Virus record (IMG/VR): IMGVR_UViG_3300025890_003136
Coordinates: 1-55,082 of that record
DNA: 55,082 bases
Source of the DNA: a virus
Lineage: Duplodnaviria; Caudoviricetes
Direction: 5' to 3' (one strand)
The notes under the pieces are model-generated. The model saw only the letters and a list, made by a program, of their open reading frames with translations. It made no database searches and was not told the origin of the DNA. Each line of letters starts with the position of its first letter. The first letter of the stretch is position 1. The translations under genes were made by a program, and so were the position numbers. Shown one piece after another: positions 10,675 to 20,505 of this stretch.

Positions 10675-11268
10675 TTAAATTATAATGTTTTTTTCCAAGT
10701 CTGTCAATGGAATAATTTTTAAATTTGATATATTTTGCCAACTTTCTGGTATTAAGAAATTTTCTTCCACATAGTAATTAAAATTATGTTTTGGATGATG
10801 TTCGAATATTTTTTTATTTTGGTATATCCAATATGAAGGATCCACTTGTTGTTTTGAACTGACGTCATAGGATTTGGTATCTTTATACACATTGTTCACA
10901 TATCCTTCTATGCCAAACAAATCGAAACCCACAATGTGAATGTTATCGGTAGTAGAATATTGCAGGGCAACCAGCAATGCAAATTGTCCTGTCCCCCAAT
11001 GCCAAGGATCATCTTGCCTCAGTTCGCCATCATAAGGAAGATCAGGCACAGGCATCACATCAAATTCTTCATACCAATCCTGTCTAGTGTACACACAACT
11101 CTGTTGAGTATTGTTGTGATTGATTGCTTCACGCACCATGCGTCGGTCACAGCACACCAAATGATCAACTTTTCTGTCTCTGAATATGGCGTTGCAACCT
11201 ACTGTGGGTAATTTCAGTGAATCTATATCGAGTGTTGTTCGACTCTCGCCGTTTCCTATTACTAACAT
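10675..11268 (-). CDS. MptE-like/DUF115 Rossmann-fold protein
   Basis: LVIGNGESR, VGCNAI, LVCCD, IVGFD. Confidence 0.55.
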   Translation of the reverse strand: MLVIGNGESRTTLDIDSLKLPTVGCNAIFRDRKVDHLVCCDRRMVREAINHNNTQQSCVYTRQDWYEEFDVMPVPDLPYDGELRQDDPWHWGTGQFALLVALQYSTTDNIHIVGFDLFGIEGYVNNVYKDTKSYDVSSKQQVDPSYWIYQNKKIFEHHPKHNFNYYVEENFLIPESWQNISNLKIIPLTDLEKNIII

Positions 11269-11284
11269 ATTAAATACTTTTATA

Positions 11285-11722
11285 ATGAACAGTTCTATTT
11301 ACACAGATGTGGTTGAGTGGATGGCGAAAATTGTAACTCCGCAAAAGGAACTCAACGGAGTGGCAATTTGTCCTTATGCCAAAAAAGCATCATGGTCCAT
11401 TGTGGAATGTGAAAAAATGGATATAAATGTCAATCAATGTCAACAAGAAGTAACCATTTTTGTGCTTCCAGCAAAAATGAGCAAATTAAAATTAGAAGCA
11501 CTGACTGTTGAATTAAAACAAAAACATCCTCAATTTGTATTTTTACCAGATCATAAAAATGCCAAAACTAAAATGAAAAACTTTTCAACTGGCAATGGCA
11601 AGCACAATTTATTGTTGGTACAACAACGGAAAAAATTAAATGTTGCTAGGAAGAATCTTGCCAAAGGCAATTATTACAAAAACATGTCTGAAAAATACAA
11701 AAATAGATTATTCAGTTACTAA
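11285..11722 (+). CDS. Hypothetical protein (DUF1415-like)
   Basis: EW...LNGVAICPYAK motif; start at ATG 11285 after TAAATA. Confidence 0.5.
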   Translation: MNSSIYTDVVEWMAKIVTPQKELNGVAICPYAKKASWSIVECEKMDINVNQCQQEVTIFVLPAKMSKLKLEALTVELKQKHPQFVFLPDHKNAKTKMKNFSTGNGKHNLLLVQQRKKLNVARKNLAKGNYYKNMSEKYKNRLFSY

Positions 11723-12036
11723 CGTTTCTTCTTTTTTTTGAGATATTCTTTCTTGATTGTTTTAAGTTCTATCAATACTTCTCCGAACCTTTTATTTGCA
11801 CTGTTCAACAATCTGAATATGTCTTTGACTGCATAAATTACCCACCACCACCATGTAAAGGCTGTAATGGCAAATAATAATGCTATTGCTGAAACAATGT
11901 ATTGAATCCAAGAAGAGAAATCAGTTACCAATACGATACAAAGAATCATAAGGGCAGTCAATGGTCCAACTCTTCCGAGCCACGTCCATATGCCTACTGA
12001 TTTTTTTATTGAGAAATATTTCCGAAACTTTTCCAT
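11719..12036 (-). CDS. Membrane protein, two TM segments and basic C-terminus
   Basis: Two hydrophobic helices, WWWW, KKKKKR tail; start uncertain. Confidence 0.6.
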   Translation of the reverse strand: MEKFRKYFSIKKSVGIWTWLGRVGPLTALMILCIVLVTDFSSWIQYIVSAIALLFAITAFTWWWWVIYAVKDIFRLLNSANKRFGEVLIELKTIKKEYLKKKKKR

Positions 12037-12887
12037 GAACCAGGTGTTCCTGTAACAATACAGACCCATCCAATCACACTTCCTGCTACCGGATTAGAAT
12101 TCCAAACAATATCACCTTTAGCATGAACACCAACGGTCGGTACATCATCTGCTACACTGAAACGTTTGCCTTCCATTCTTACAGGACCCGCTACTTCGAA
12201 ATCTGCATCATCTCTGATGTTATTAATGCCTACTGCTAGTTTTCCATGTATTTTAACTTTTTTATCTGTAGCACCTTGTGTACCAATAGTAATATCACCA
12301 TTTGCTTTTACAAGTATTCTGTCTGTGCTGTCAGTTTGGATTCTTAAATCATGTGTGGTGTATGTTCCAACTTCTGCATCTACGTCATTGGGTTGCACTC
12401 TAAATTCAACATAATTTGAAGCAACTGATAACTGTCCATTACCTGCTTCGATACCAACACCTAATCTGTTCATTCCGGAATTCCAGAAAACAAATTGATC
12501 AATGTTCATGTCGCCATTTACTGCTAATCCATTTAATACGCCAACGGATCTTAAATTTGAATTTCTAATTGTTGGTCCTAATTCTTCTGTGGAAAGAACC
12601 ATTGTGTTATCAATTGAATAGTGTGCATCTCTGTGTAGGTCGATTGAGTTAGAACTCCACAGTCTATCTGGATTTGCTTGGAAGTTCAACATCTTAGTGT
12701 TGCCAAAGCCACTCCATTGTAATCCTTTGCCGTAGATTGGTGTTGTTTCTGAACCAGCGAAGTTGATAGTTTTGTTGGAATTTACTACTGTTTCGTCAGC
12801 AGATGCGTGTACACTTAGGTTTGCTATTGCATCGCCCAGTGTTACTAAACCGTTTCTAATTGAAATTATGTCGTCTCTTGTGCTCAT
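12006..12887 (-). CDS. Putative virion structural/fibre protein
   Basis: beta-rich; RLGVG and C-terminal GDIVWN..P..GWVC..GTPGSWK motif typical of phage fibres; TAAATA upstream. Confidence 0.6.
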   Translation of the reverse strand: MSTRDDIISIRNGLVTLGDAIANLSVHASADETVVNSNKTINFAGSETTPIYGKGLQWSGFGNTKMLNFQANPDRLWSSNSIDLHRDAHYSIDNTMVLSTEELGPTIRNSNLRSVGVLNGLAVNGDMNIDQFVFWNSGMNRLGVGIEAGNGQLSVASNYVEFRVQPNDVDAEVGTYTTHDLRIQTDSTDRILVKANGDITIGTQGATDKKVKIHGKLAVGINNIRDDADFEVAGPVRMEGKRFSVADDVPTVGVHAKGDIVWNSNPVAGSVIGWVCIVTGTPGSWKSFGNISQ

Positions 12888-12897
12888 ATACAGTTAT

Positions 12898-13743
12898 TTA
12901 TCTAACTGCTCTTAACAAAATGACTTCAGAATTAACACGTCCATTCAGTTTGATGCCCATTGTTTTAATGGCGTCAAATAGCTCTATTACCTTCTTAGGG
13001 CCAGAATTCCCAAACTGTTTCAATTGCTCTTCGGGTTTTCTGAGTGTTTTTTGTACACTGGTTTCTTCGTCGAATCCTTTTATGGATGTACCTTTCACTG
13101 TTAATCCTGTGCCTGGTCGGCTCATCCCTCTAGGATCTAACACCTTTGCCAAATAGTGACCTAGTTTTCTAGTCTTGGTGTTGTATACCCAAAGTTGTTC
13201 GGCATATATGATCTCTGTGGGATCGATAGATTTAAGAGTTAACTTTTCGTCATCCTGTTTGAATTGCATTTTAGATACTAATTTCTCTGGAGATTTTTCT
13301 TTTTTCTTTCTAGGCTTACGATTAGCATTGGCAATTGCTATCATTCTATCACAGGCTTCAAAAATATTATCATAGGCTTTGATTCCTTTTTGAATTATTT
13401 CATTATCAACATCTTCGTAAGATTCTAACAGTTGTCTTTCTTCAGAATCGTTATCTTCTTCTTCTGTGATCTCTTTAAATTTAAGATTCTTTTCTCTCAA
13501 TCTTAACAAGTCTTTGTATTCTTGGTATTGAGGTTCATACATTTCCATGATCTTTCTTGCATGTACACCGCCCACTTGTTCTTTTTTAAAAACATCAACC
13601 AGTTTAAATTTATCAGGATTGAATTTATCTGGTTGCACAACATATCTATCCAACCAAACTTCAATTGGTTCTAATATTTCATGAACTCTTTTTTGAATTC
13701 GTTCCTGTATTGTTGGTTTTTTTATTTCTTGAATTTCACTCAT
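12898..13743 (-). CDS. Conserved T4-like phage hypothetical protein
   Basis: 281 aa; LWVYNTKTRKL, VKGTSI.GF, KTLRKPEE, NGRVN. Confidence 0.6.
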   Translation of the reverse strand: MSEIQEIKKPTIQERIQKRVHEILEPIEVWLDRYVVQPDKFNPDKFKLVDVFKKEQVGGVHARKIMEMYEPQYQEYKDLLRLREKNLKFKEITEEEDNDSEERQLLESYEDVDNEIIQKGIKAYDNIFEACDRMIAIANANRKPRKKKEKSPEKLVSKMQFKQDDEKLTLKSIDPTEIIYAEQLWVYNTKTRKLGHYLAKVLDPRGMSRPGTGLTVKGTSIKGFDEETSVQKTLRKPEEQLKQFGNSGPKKVIELFDAIKTMGIKLNGRVNSEVILLRAVR

Positions 13744-13775
13744 ACTATACCTTATATAGTCTCTTCAGAGAAAAA

Positions 13776-14006
13776 TCAAGTCTTTTTCTTTCTTTTGCTT
13801 TCTAAAAGTATTTGTTTCGGTGTCTTTGCACCTGGAGAAAGTTTTGTAATTCTACAAGTAAAAAGTTTCTTTTTGCCTTTGGAAGTGATAATTACAGGCT
13901 GTCCATGCTCGTCTGTTTCAATGTCTAACACTGTGGCAACAACATTTCTGAATCTTCCAACTTCTATTTTATCGCCTCTCTTGATGTCTACAATATATGA
14001 TTTCAT
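13776..14006 (-). CDS. Small basic KOW/SH3-like protein
   Basis: IKRGDKIEVGRFRN; start moved to ATG 14006. Confidence 0.5.
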   Translation of the reverse strand: MKSYIVDIKRGDKIEVGRFRNVVATVLDIETDEHGQPVIITSKGKKKLFTCRITKLSPGAKTPKQILLESKRKKKT

Positions 14007-14076
14007 CTTTTTGGTCCTATGTATCCTGTTAATAAAACTATCAAAGTGAACACTGTGGCAAACACGATCAACTCCA

Positions 14077-14664
14077 TTAACCCACAAAAGCATTAAAACT
14101 AATGCTGATCCTTTCATTGTCTGTCAATTGCTGTTCAACACTATGTTCAATATAACTAGGAAAAAGCAACAGTCTGCCAGTTTTAGGTTTGAAACTGTGG
14201 ACTCTTCTCGTCATGTCATTAATAACAGATGGTGCTTTCCAGGGCCAATTGCTAATTTTATTCTGATCATGAAAAGAAATTCTAGCATCATTCTCTTCTG
14301 CTTGTACATAATAGATTCCGCTTATTGTGTCTGGAACATGATTGTGTGGTCCATGACTGCTGTATTTTCTATTGTTGTTAAACCAACTGCCGGTCATATT
14401 ACAATATCCTTCTAGTCCTAGATCTTTCACTGCTTCTACAACATTGCCCATGATAAAATTTTTCATTTCTTTGCATTCATCATAATCCAGTATGTTAGTG
14501 ATTGGACCATAACTGGTGTAACCTTCTTTGGTGTAGGTCATTTCCTTATTGGGATTTTTATTTTCAATATCTTTGAACATAGGCACAATTTTTTCTCTAA
14601 ATGCTTCTGCTTCACTGTATGTGAATTCCCATATAGGAACAGGAAATATTTCATGTCGTTTCAT
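14077..14664 (-). CDS. 2OG-Fe(II) oxygenase (TIGR02466-like)
   Basis: SWFN, HNH, SGIYY, LFPSYIEH, RISISFN. Confidence 0.85.
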   Translation of the reverse strand: MKRHEIFPVPIWEFTYSEAEAFREKIVPMFKDIENKNPNKEMTYTKEGYTSYGPITNILDYDECKEMKNFIMGNVVEAVKDLGLEGYCNMTGSWFNNNRKYSSHGPHNHVPDTISGIYYVQAEENDARISFHDQNKISNWPWKAPSVINDMTRRVHSFKPKTGRLLLFPSYIEHSVEQQLTDNERISISFNAFVG

Positions 14665-15446
14665 TATACGTCATCACCTTCCATTACATAGAAACTAGAA
14701 CTCTTGCCGACAGAATCTTCCTGTAGATAATATTCTTGACCGTCATATTCGACTTCGCTGAATACTTTAAAACCATCACAATCTTCATAGTTTATTTTGA
14801 TCTTTTTAAGATTGATACCTTCCGGACCTGTTTTAATCAAATCCTCTGTGTACCAACCACCTTTGTTGAAATACTGTCCAAACATATAATGAGTATCCTT
14901 GCAGGTTTTAGATCCTTCATTGTGTACTGCTACACATTTTGTTTTGACACCTTTCTTTTTAAACAGATCAAAATCTATCTTGATGTCTTCCACTGTGCCA
15001 TTTCCTTCTTGATTCCGTTTTGGGTTGCCTTTATCGTCTAACTCTGTGATGTACAATGTGTTGCCGTTTGCCAATTCAGGACCGCATAGGTGAGCGATGT
15101 CATCCTGTTCATGAAATGGTCTGTCAAACTGTGCATCTTTAGGCACGTCTTTGTTGGCATTGTCTGGGTCATAATCCACATCCACCATGTACTGCTCAAA
15201 ATTTTCATTGTTGTACCAATATTCAAATTGTGCAGATGTTATTGTGCCCATGCACACTTCACCGCCATACCTAGTGAATTCAAATTTAAAATACCTTGCT
15301 TCATTTTTTATGGCCTTGATTAATTTTTTTTTCTTTTTACTGCTGACTTTTTTTGTTTTGCTAGACTTCTTTTTGTTCGGAAATGCTTCGGACCATTTGG
15401 CATCAAAACTGTCAAACTGATTGTATTGTTCTTCTGATTTATTCAT
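14664..15446 (-). CDS. Hypothetical protein, paralogue of 27114-27830
   Basis: GGEVCMG.IT..QFEYW..DDIAH..G shared with paralogue; GGAGGAG SD before ATG 15446. Confidence 0.65.
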   Translation of the reverse strand: MNKSEEQYNQFDSFDAKWSEAFPNKKKSSKTKKVSSKKKKKLIKAIKNEARYFKFEFTRYGGEVCMGTITSAQFEYWYNNENFEQYMVDVDYDPDNANKDVPKDAQFDRPFHEQDDIAHLCGPELANGNTLYITELDDKGNPKRNQEGNGTVEDIKIDFDLFKKKGVKTKCVAVHNEGSKTCKDTHYMFGQYFNKGGWYTEDLIKTGPEGINLKKIKINYEDCDGFKVFSEVEYDGQEYYLQEDSVGKSSSFYVMEGDDV

Positions 15447-15804
15447 GTTCTCCTCCTGGGTCGTTTTTGTCATAATATACTTTGTAAGGTTTTCCGTGCT
15501 TGTCATATCCTAGTGTGTATCCTCTGGCTCTTCCCACAGAGTGATATGAATCAAATTTCCATTTTGCGGATAAACTTTTTTTAGTGAATATTATACCATA
15601 GATCACCAATGCATGTGCTATCACACTGGTTGTCACATTTATTCCTATGCTGATGAACCCTTGTGTGATTAATGCAAAGATAAATGCCCACATGGTTGCC
15701 AGCACCATCAGTATCTGAAATCTAGTCACCTTGGGTAATCCACCTTTGAATGCCTTGTCCTCATCAAACAGTTCAGGCAACATATATTTCACAACCTTGT
15801 ACAT
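15439..15804 (-). CDS. Membrane protein
   Basis: Two TM segments; C-terminal DPGGEHE; start at ATG 15804. Confidence 0.6.
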   Translation of the reverse strand: MYKVVKYMLPELFDEDKAFKGGLPKVTRFQILMVLATMWAFIFALITQGFISIGINVTTSVIAHALVIYGIIFTKKSLSAKWKFDSYHSVGRARGYTLGYDKHGKPYKVYYDKNDPGGEHE

Positions 15805-15805
15805 A

Positions 15806-15997
15806 TTATTTGAAAAACTTTTTAAACTTATCAATACTATTTTGTAAAGGCATATAAACCTTTTCAATAAAATCAATATGTTTGGTTAGACGTTTATCCA
15901 GTCCATCAATCTTATCGTTTAGTTGTTTCATCTCTTTCAAGAAAACTTTCTTGTTATCCGCCATTGCTTTCTTTATTATTTCTACTTCTTTAGTCAT
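15806..15997 (-). CDS. Small coiled-coil hypothetical protein
   Basis: Packed ORF with heptad pattern. Confidence 0.6.
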   Translation of the reverse strand: MTKEVEIIKKAMADNKKVFLKEMKQLNDKIDGLDKRLTKHIDFIEKVYMPLQNSIDKFKKFFK

Positions 15998-16154
15998 TTT
16001 TAATATTCTTCACTAATTCTAGTTGTTGTAATAATTTTAATTTTTTTTGTTCTTTGATCAATTGGTTTTGAATTTTAGTCTGTGCTTCTAGTAAGCCAGT
16101 CACTTTACCTAATTGAGCCATATGATCGTATGCATTGTATTTCTTTTTAGCCAT
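15990..16154 (-). CDS. Small hypothetical protein, 54 aa (not in ORF track)
   Basis: MAKKKYNAYDHMAQLGKVTGLLEAQ...; fills the gap between neighbours. Confidence 0.55.
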   Translation of the reverse strand: MAKKKYNAYDHMAQLGKVTGLLEAQTKIQNQLIKEQKKLKLLQQLELVKNIKND

Positions 16155-16159
16155 CTATA

Positions 16160-16477
16160 TTACCACTGGTCCTTAAAATCATTATACAAAGAGTATTTTG
16201 CAGTCAGTTCATCACCTGCTTTAATAGGTGTCGTTGTTACTAGATATTTTACTGGCAGTTGATGCCAGAAGCCTGCAAGGTTCTTACAATTAGGTTTATC
16301 TGAATGATTGTAAAATGCACCTAAGGCAGTTCTAATTGCTCCGTGTGAAAAATTTTTATTCATAATATGCACAATGCCAAGCACCACGTCTTGATCAAAA
16401 TCTTTTGTAGCAAATAACCCCAAGCCTTGTACACTTGACTCTTTTATTGTTATGCCGTCTGGTAATGGTTTATACAT
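16160..16477 (-). CDS. Minimal SET-domain lysine methyltransferase
   Basis: GLGLFAT, YNHSDKPNC, IKAGDELTAKY motifs. Confidence 0.85.
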   Translation of the reverse strand: MYKPLPDGITIKESSVQGLGLFATKDFDQDVVLGIVHIMNKNFSHGAIRTALGAFYNHSDKPNCKNLAGFWHQLPVKYLVTTTPIKAGDELTAKYSLYNDFKDQW

Positions 16478-16670
16478 CTTTAATCTTTCTAATCATTGTG
16501 GCTTTTTTTGGATACAGTTGATTCTTAATATGTTCTTCATCAAATCCACTCATTCGTTTTATTTTGCCATTTACTTTTACAGAGTAAATGTATGGAGGTC
16601 CGTTCCAAGGTTCTAATCTTATGTTTTCATATCCTACTGCAATCACTTTAGATTTTTTCACCAATTTCAA
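16470..16670 (-). CDS. Hypothetical protein
   Basis: Packed 66-aa ORF, TTG start. Confidence 0.5.
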   Translation of the reverse strand: MKLVKKSKVIAVGYENIRLEPWNGPPYIYSVKVNGKIKRMSGFDEEHIKNQLYPKKATMIRKIKDV

Positions 16671-17982
16671 ATCCTCTGAATCTCATAAATCTTGGAAATC
16701 TTAATGAGTATTCTGTTTCACTATCCTGATTTTTTGTGACAGCATCTGCTCTCACTTCCACAATTTGACCAATCAATTGATCCTTGTGTTGCCAAAACTG
16801 ATCTCTATTATCATCTGATAAACCAGAACCTACATTTGTTTTAATCAATTTGCCATCATCTAAACCTTCACAAATCAAAGCACCCAATTTACCTACATTT
16901 CTACCTGTGCCTTCTTCAGTGGCTTTTACTTCTAAACTTACTTCTATGAAAGGTTTTAATTTTAACCAAGCATGACTTCTTTTACATTGATACGAAGCAT
17001 CAATATCTTTAATCATAATACCTTCATAACCACCCTCTACTGCCCTCTTATTCACCTCTGTGTACGTCTTCTGACCTTCAGGTGTGTCTAAGTTCACAAT
17101 TTCATGATCCAGCACTGTAACGGCGTCTAAATTGGTTTTGTGTTGTTCATACCAGGCTTTTAACATTTGAGTTCTCAACGTCTGTGTTTTGTCCCAAGCA
17201 CCTTTTTTAAAATCTTCTAATGGTAAAAAATCAAACAAATGAAGCACTGCATCTTTGGCTGTACCTCCGCTCTTTCTATGTACCTGTTTCATCAAGTCTT
17301 GAAAGTTTTCACTCATTACTTCACCATCTAATACAACTGGGTACGGTGGAGGACTGGATTTAACAACATCACTAATTTGTGTTTGTATGTGTCCAAAGTT
17401 AGTAAACTCTTTTCCATTACGACTGAACATATCAACTTTACCATCTGGATATACAATAGTAACCACTCTCACTCCATCTAGTTTTACTTCTAACATCTTC
17501 TTGCCCACCAACTTCTTTTCATGGTTTGTACTGTCATGGGCAAGTTGGCAAGTAAACACGGGCACCATGTACTTGCCAAACTTATTCTTTTTAGCCACAG
17601 AGTTTACAGTTTTTTCTGAAACTCCACATCTTAAATCTTTTATTAATATTCTTCTGTAAAATCCATTCCATTGTTCAGCAGTTGCCGAGCTCATTACCAG
17701 TTCAATGGCATCTCTTGCCGCATGTCCTGTGAGTTCTCTTGCGTGTAATTTTTCTGCTAGTTCTTTGAACACTTCCCATTTACAACCTTGTGCAGATATA
17801 ACTTCATCTTTTGTGGGCACCTGTTTGACGCCAAAAGTGTACAATTTGTCCAAACACATTTTCAAGCCTTCGAAAAATTCATCCAAGCCTTCATTCATAG
17901 CATCTAACAGAATCTTTTCTTTAGCCAATCTACTGTTGTCTGCTTCTAGTTTAGCAATAATGTCTTGCGGTTGTGTTCTCAT
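16648..17982 (-). CDS. lig: ATP-dependent DNA ligase
   Basis: EVKLDGVR (KxDG), LDGE, EGIMIK, WLKLK, SLRFPRF; start at ATG 17982 after TTGACT-17-TAAAAT. Confidence 0.93.
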   Translation of the reverse strand: MRTQPQDIIAKLEADNSRLAKEKILLDAMNEGLDEFFEGLKMCLDKLYTFGVKQVPTKDEVISAQGCKWEVFKELAEKLHARELTGHAARDAIELVMSSATAEQWNGFYRRILIKDLRCGVSEKTVNSVAKKNKFGKYMVPVFTCQLAHDSTNHEKKLVGKKMLEVKLDGVRVVTIVYPDGKVDMFSRNGKEFTNFGHIQTQISDVVKSSPPPYPVVLDGEVMSENFQDLMKQVHRKSGGTAKDAVLHLFDFLPLEDFKKGAWDKTQTLRTQMLKAWYEQHKTNLDAVTVLDHEIVNLDTPEGQKTYTEVNKRAVEGGYEGIMIKDIDASYQCKRSHAWLKLKPFIEVSLEVKATEEGTGRNVGKLGALICEGLDDGKLIKTNVGSGLSDDNRDQFWQHKDQLIGQIVEVRADAVTKNQDSETEYSLRFPRFMRFRGFEIGEKI

Positions 17983-18021
17983 TGTACTAATTTTATTATC
18001 TTTTGGCATCAAAGTCAACTC

Positions 18022-19026
18022 CTATACTGGTTTCAATACTGTTTGTTTTGCCATTTCTTTCCAATTTTCTGGAAAGGCTTTTGCCAAATCAGCAATTTTA
18101 AGCACAGTTCTAAGACTGATTTCTCTCAATTGTCTTTTGTAGTCATCTATAAAAGCCACAATTGACTGTTCAGTCTCAGTTGGTAATGCATGTGATTTCA
18201 ACATACCATCTGTAACAATTTGTTTTATTCTTAGGATCTTCTCTCTAATAGTATCAATTGTTAGATCAATATAATGACATCTACTTTCTAATGCCTCTAG
18301 GTGATCTCTCAACTTTTTACTTTTTACATTGTCGAATTTAATGTTTGTGATAAAGATCACTGAACCAGCAAATTCAAAAGTATCTGGCACACCTTCTCTT
18401 CTCAACATATGCGAGTCTGTGTTCCAACAAATTTTTCTAGTCTTTTTAGAATCTAAAGCCGCTTTTAATATGTTCAAACTTAAATCGTCTAACAAGATAG
18501 AATCACAGTCATCAAACACCAACACATTGTCAGCATCTGAAAAATTGTATAATTTACAATATAATCCTATTGGAGACATTGCACCTTTTACAACTTCGTA
18601 TTTGGGTCTTGTGTTACCCAATGTACTAACAACACCATATCTATCAAGCACTTGCTCAACACCAAACGATTTACCTACGCCTGGAGGGCCACTTACGATC
18701 ATTGCTCTCACATCACCTCTTTTGGTTGCTTTAGTCATGTCCGTTAATATGTCAAAACGTTGTCTCATTCTTTCAACAGTTTCTGCATCCGATTCTTCTT
18801 TAGGTTGTTCTGGAGCAGAGTCTCTTAATTGATTCTCATTCTCTACATTAATTCTAATTTGATTTTTTGTAGCACCTGGATACTTTGCCAAGTCCTCTAT
18901 TTTAACAGTAATGAATCCACCTTCTTTGTGAGGGTGTGGTTGATAACCTTTTACAAGTTGGAAAGTTTGATTTTCTACTGAAGTTTTTCTGTAAGTGCCT
19001 TCTAGTACGTATATTGTGTTTTTCAT
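18022..19026 (-). CDS. AAA+ ATPase
   Basis: Walker A GPPGVGKS, Walker B LVFDDCD, FITN, ALESR. Confidence 0.85.
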   Translation of the reverse strand: MKNTIYVLEGTYRKTSVENQTFQLVKGYQPHPHKEGGFITVKIEDLAKYPGATKNQIRINVENENQLRDSAPEQPKEESDAETVERMRQRFDILTDMTKATKRGDVRAMIVSGPPGVGKSFGVEQVLDRYGVVSTLGNTRPKYEVVKGAMSPIGLYCKLYNFSDADNVLVFDDCDSILLDDLSLNILKAALDSKKTRKICWNTDSHMLRREGVPDTFEFAGSVIFITNIKFDNVKSKKLRDHLEALESRCHYIDLTIDTIREKILRIKQIVTDGMLKSHALPTETEQSIVAFIDDYKRQLREISLRTVLKIADLAKAFPENWKEMAKQTVLKPV

Positions 19027-19102
19027 ATGTGCCCTTTATGTTGCCTTAATTAATTTGCCTTATTTTATTATTATAGTTTCTAATGACCAAAAAGTCAACC
19101 AA
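19027..19102 (-). promoter_or_regulatory. Early-type promoter and AGGCA-repeat leader, copy 1
   Basis: TTGACT-17-TATAAT; 17-bp TTGGTTGACTTTTTGGT identical to 19994-20010. Confidence 0.7.
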
Positions 19103-19561
19103 TTAGTCTGCTCTACTTTCGCTCATTACGTTCAAACCATACTGCTCTTCTAATACCTTTGCAAAGGCATCACAAGCCACTTCTTTAATGTCTAAAGATT
19201 GACAGTGTCTGTACTGATGATTCTCTGGCATAATATCGTAGTAGGATACTCTCCAACCACCTCTATAACCATTGCTACCAATACCTTGTTTCTTTAACCA
19301 ACCAACAAATTTACCTTGTGCAGGTCTTATTGAGATATTAGCAAATCCACAATACATAGGTTCTTCTTTACCTTCCATATATGTGTCCACGGCATCAACA
19401 GCCGCCTCTTTGGCTACTCCCCACATTGTCATTGGTTCTACTTTTGCGTTTACAAATTTAACTACTTGTTTTACATCTTCTTTTATCATCTTTTTTTCTC
19501 CTGTTATTTTTTCAAAGTGTTTGTACATTTTGTTTAATTGTTTTTCTATTAATTCGCTCAT
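19103..19561 (-). CDS. Hypothetical phage protein
   Basis: CGFA..IRPA.GKF..WLK, QS..IKE..C.AFA; TAATG coupling. Confidence 0.65.
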   Translation of the reverse strand: MSELIEKQLNKMYKHFEKITGEKKMIKEDVKQVVKFVNAKVEPMTMWGVAKEAAVDAVDTYMEGKEEPMYCGFANISIRPAQGKFVGWLKKQGIGSNGYRGGWRVSYYDIMPENHQYRHCQSLDIKEVACDAFAKVLEEQYGLNVMSESRAD

Positions 19562-19941
19562 TAAACCATCAATTGTTTTTGACCATTCATATAACAAGCA
19601 CCTGTCCATTTAACAACGTACTCACCAAAAATGTTACCTCTTGGAGCATTCAGAGCCGGTATTGCCCAACTTGCCGCTTTTAGGATATCACCTTTTTTAA
19701 ACTCTACACCTTTAGAAGATACAAAGTCTTTACTTGCTATAAACGAATGAACTGATCTACCACTACCATGATTACCAGTCATTACTTTAATGTATTTCTT
19801 GCCCGGTTTTACTGTGATGCTTTCACAGAACTCTTTAACCATATTGTCTCTAACAGTTCTTTCTGAGTCTGTTTTTGGATTGTTCCAACCAACATAATCT
19901 TTTTTAATGTTTTCTATGTATGTGTCTATTTGTGTTTGCAT
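19561..19941 (-). CDS. Conserved T4-like early hypothetical protein
   Basis: GKKYIKV..SVHSFI..KGDILKAASW..PA..RGNIF. Confidence 0.7.
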   Translation of the reverse strand: MQTQIDTYIENIKKDYVGWNNPKTDSERTVRDNMVKEFCESITVKPGKKYIKVMTGNHGSGRSVHSFIASKDFVSSKGVEFKKGDILKAASWAIPALNAPRGNIFGEYVVKWTGACYMNGQKQLMV

Positions 19942-20010
19942 TTGTGCCTCTCTGTTTGTTGCCTTGTTATAATATTATTATACAGTCTGAACTACCAAAA
20001 AGTCAACCAA
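19942..20010 (-). promoter_or_regulatory. Early-type promoter and AGGCA-repeat leader, copy 2
   Basis: TTGACT-18-TATAAT; 17-bp block shared with 19086-19102. Confidence 0.7.
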
Positions 20011-20046
20011 AAATGTGATTAAAGAAGTCCCATTCTATGCGGGTTT

Positions 20047-20505
20047 TCAGTCTGTGGATAACTTTTTTGAACCCAAATAGTCCTTTTCACCATAGGTTTT
20101 TGCCATATGACACAGAACACACAGGGTTTGAATGTTGCTTTTGGAGTCATCTCCTCCTCGACTTTTAAGGTGTATATGGTCTCCATGCATTACACCACGC
20201 ATGGCTCTTAACTTATGATATTCATCATCGATGTATCCAAATCTTAATTCGTCTGTTCTAGGATCATAACCACAACTAGAACAATTCCAACCTCTGTAGA
20301 ACGTGTGTGGTCTTTCTGCTTTACCCATACCACCGTATTCAACACATTCCAATTGATGTTCTCTACACAATGTTTGACTGCCCGGACCTTCATACATACT
20401 CAACTTGTTGTCACAGTCTTGCAACATACAAGTTTTTCCTTTAAGTTGTTGTTCTGTTAATACTGCAGAACTCTTAAACTTGTCCTTATCTGGATTGCGA
20501 ATCAT
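20047..20505 (-). CDS. HNH endonuclease
   Basis: CSSC...DHIHLKSRGG...NIQTLCVLCHMAKT. Confidence 0.85.
   Translation of the reverse strand: MIRNPDKDKFKSSAVLTEQQLKGKTCMLQDCDNKLSMYEGPGSQTLCREHQLECVEYGGMGKAERPHTFYRGWNCSSCGYDPRTDELRFGYIDDEYHKLRAMRGVMHGDHIHLKSRGGDDSKSNIQTLCVLCHMAKTYGEKDYLGSKKLSTD

Noticed and set aside
11703-11740. A AAA AAG at the end of the membrane-protein gene (also at about 6950)
   Set aside because: The -1 frame adds only EETLVTE*; such heptamers arise by chance in Lys-rich, AT-rich genes
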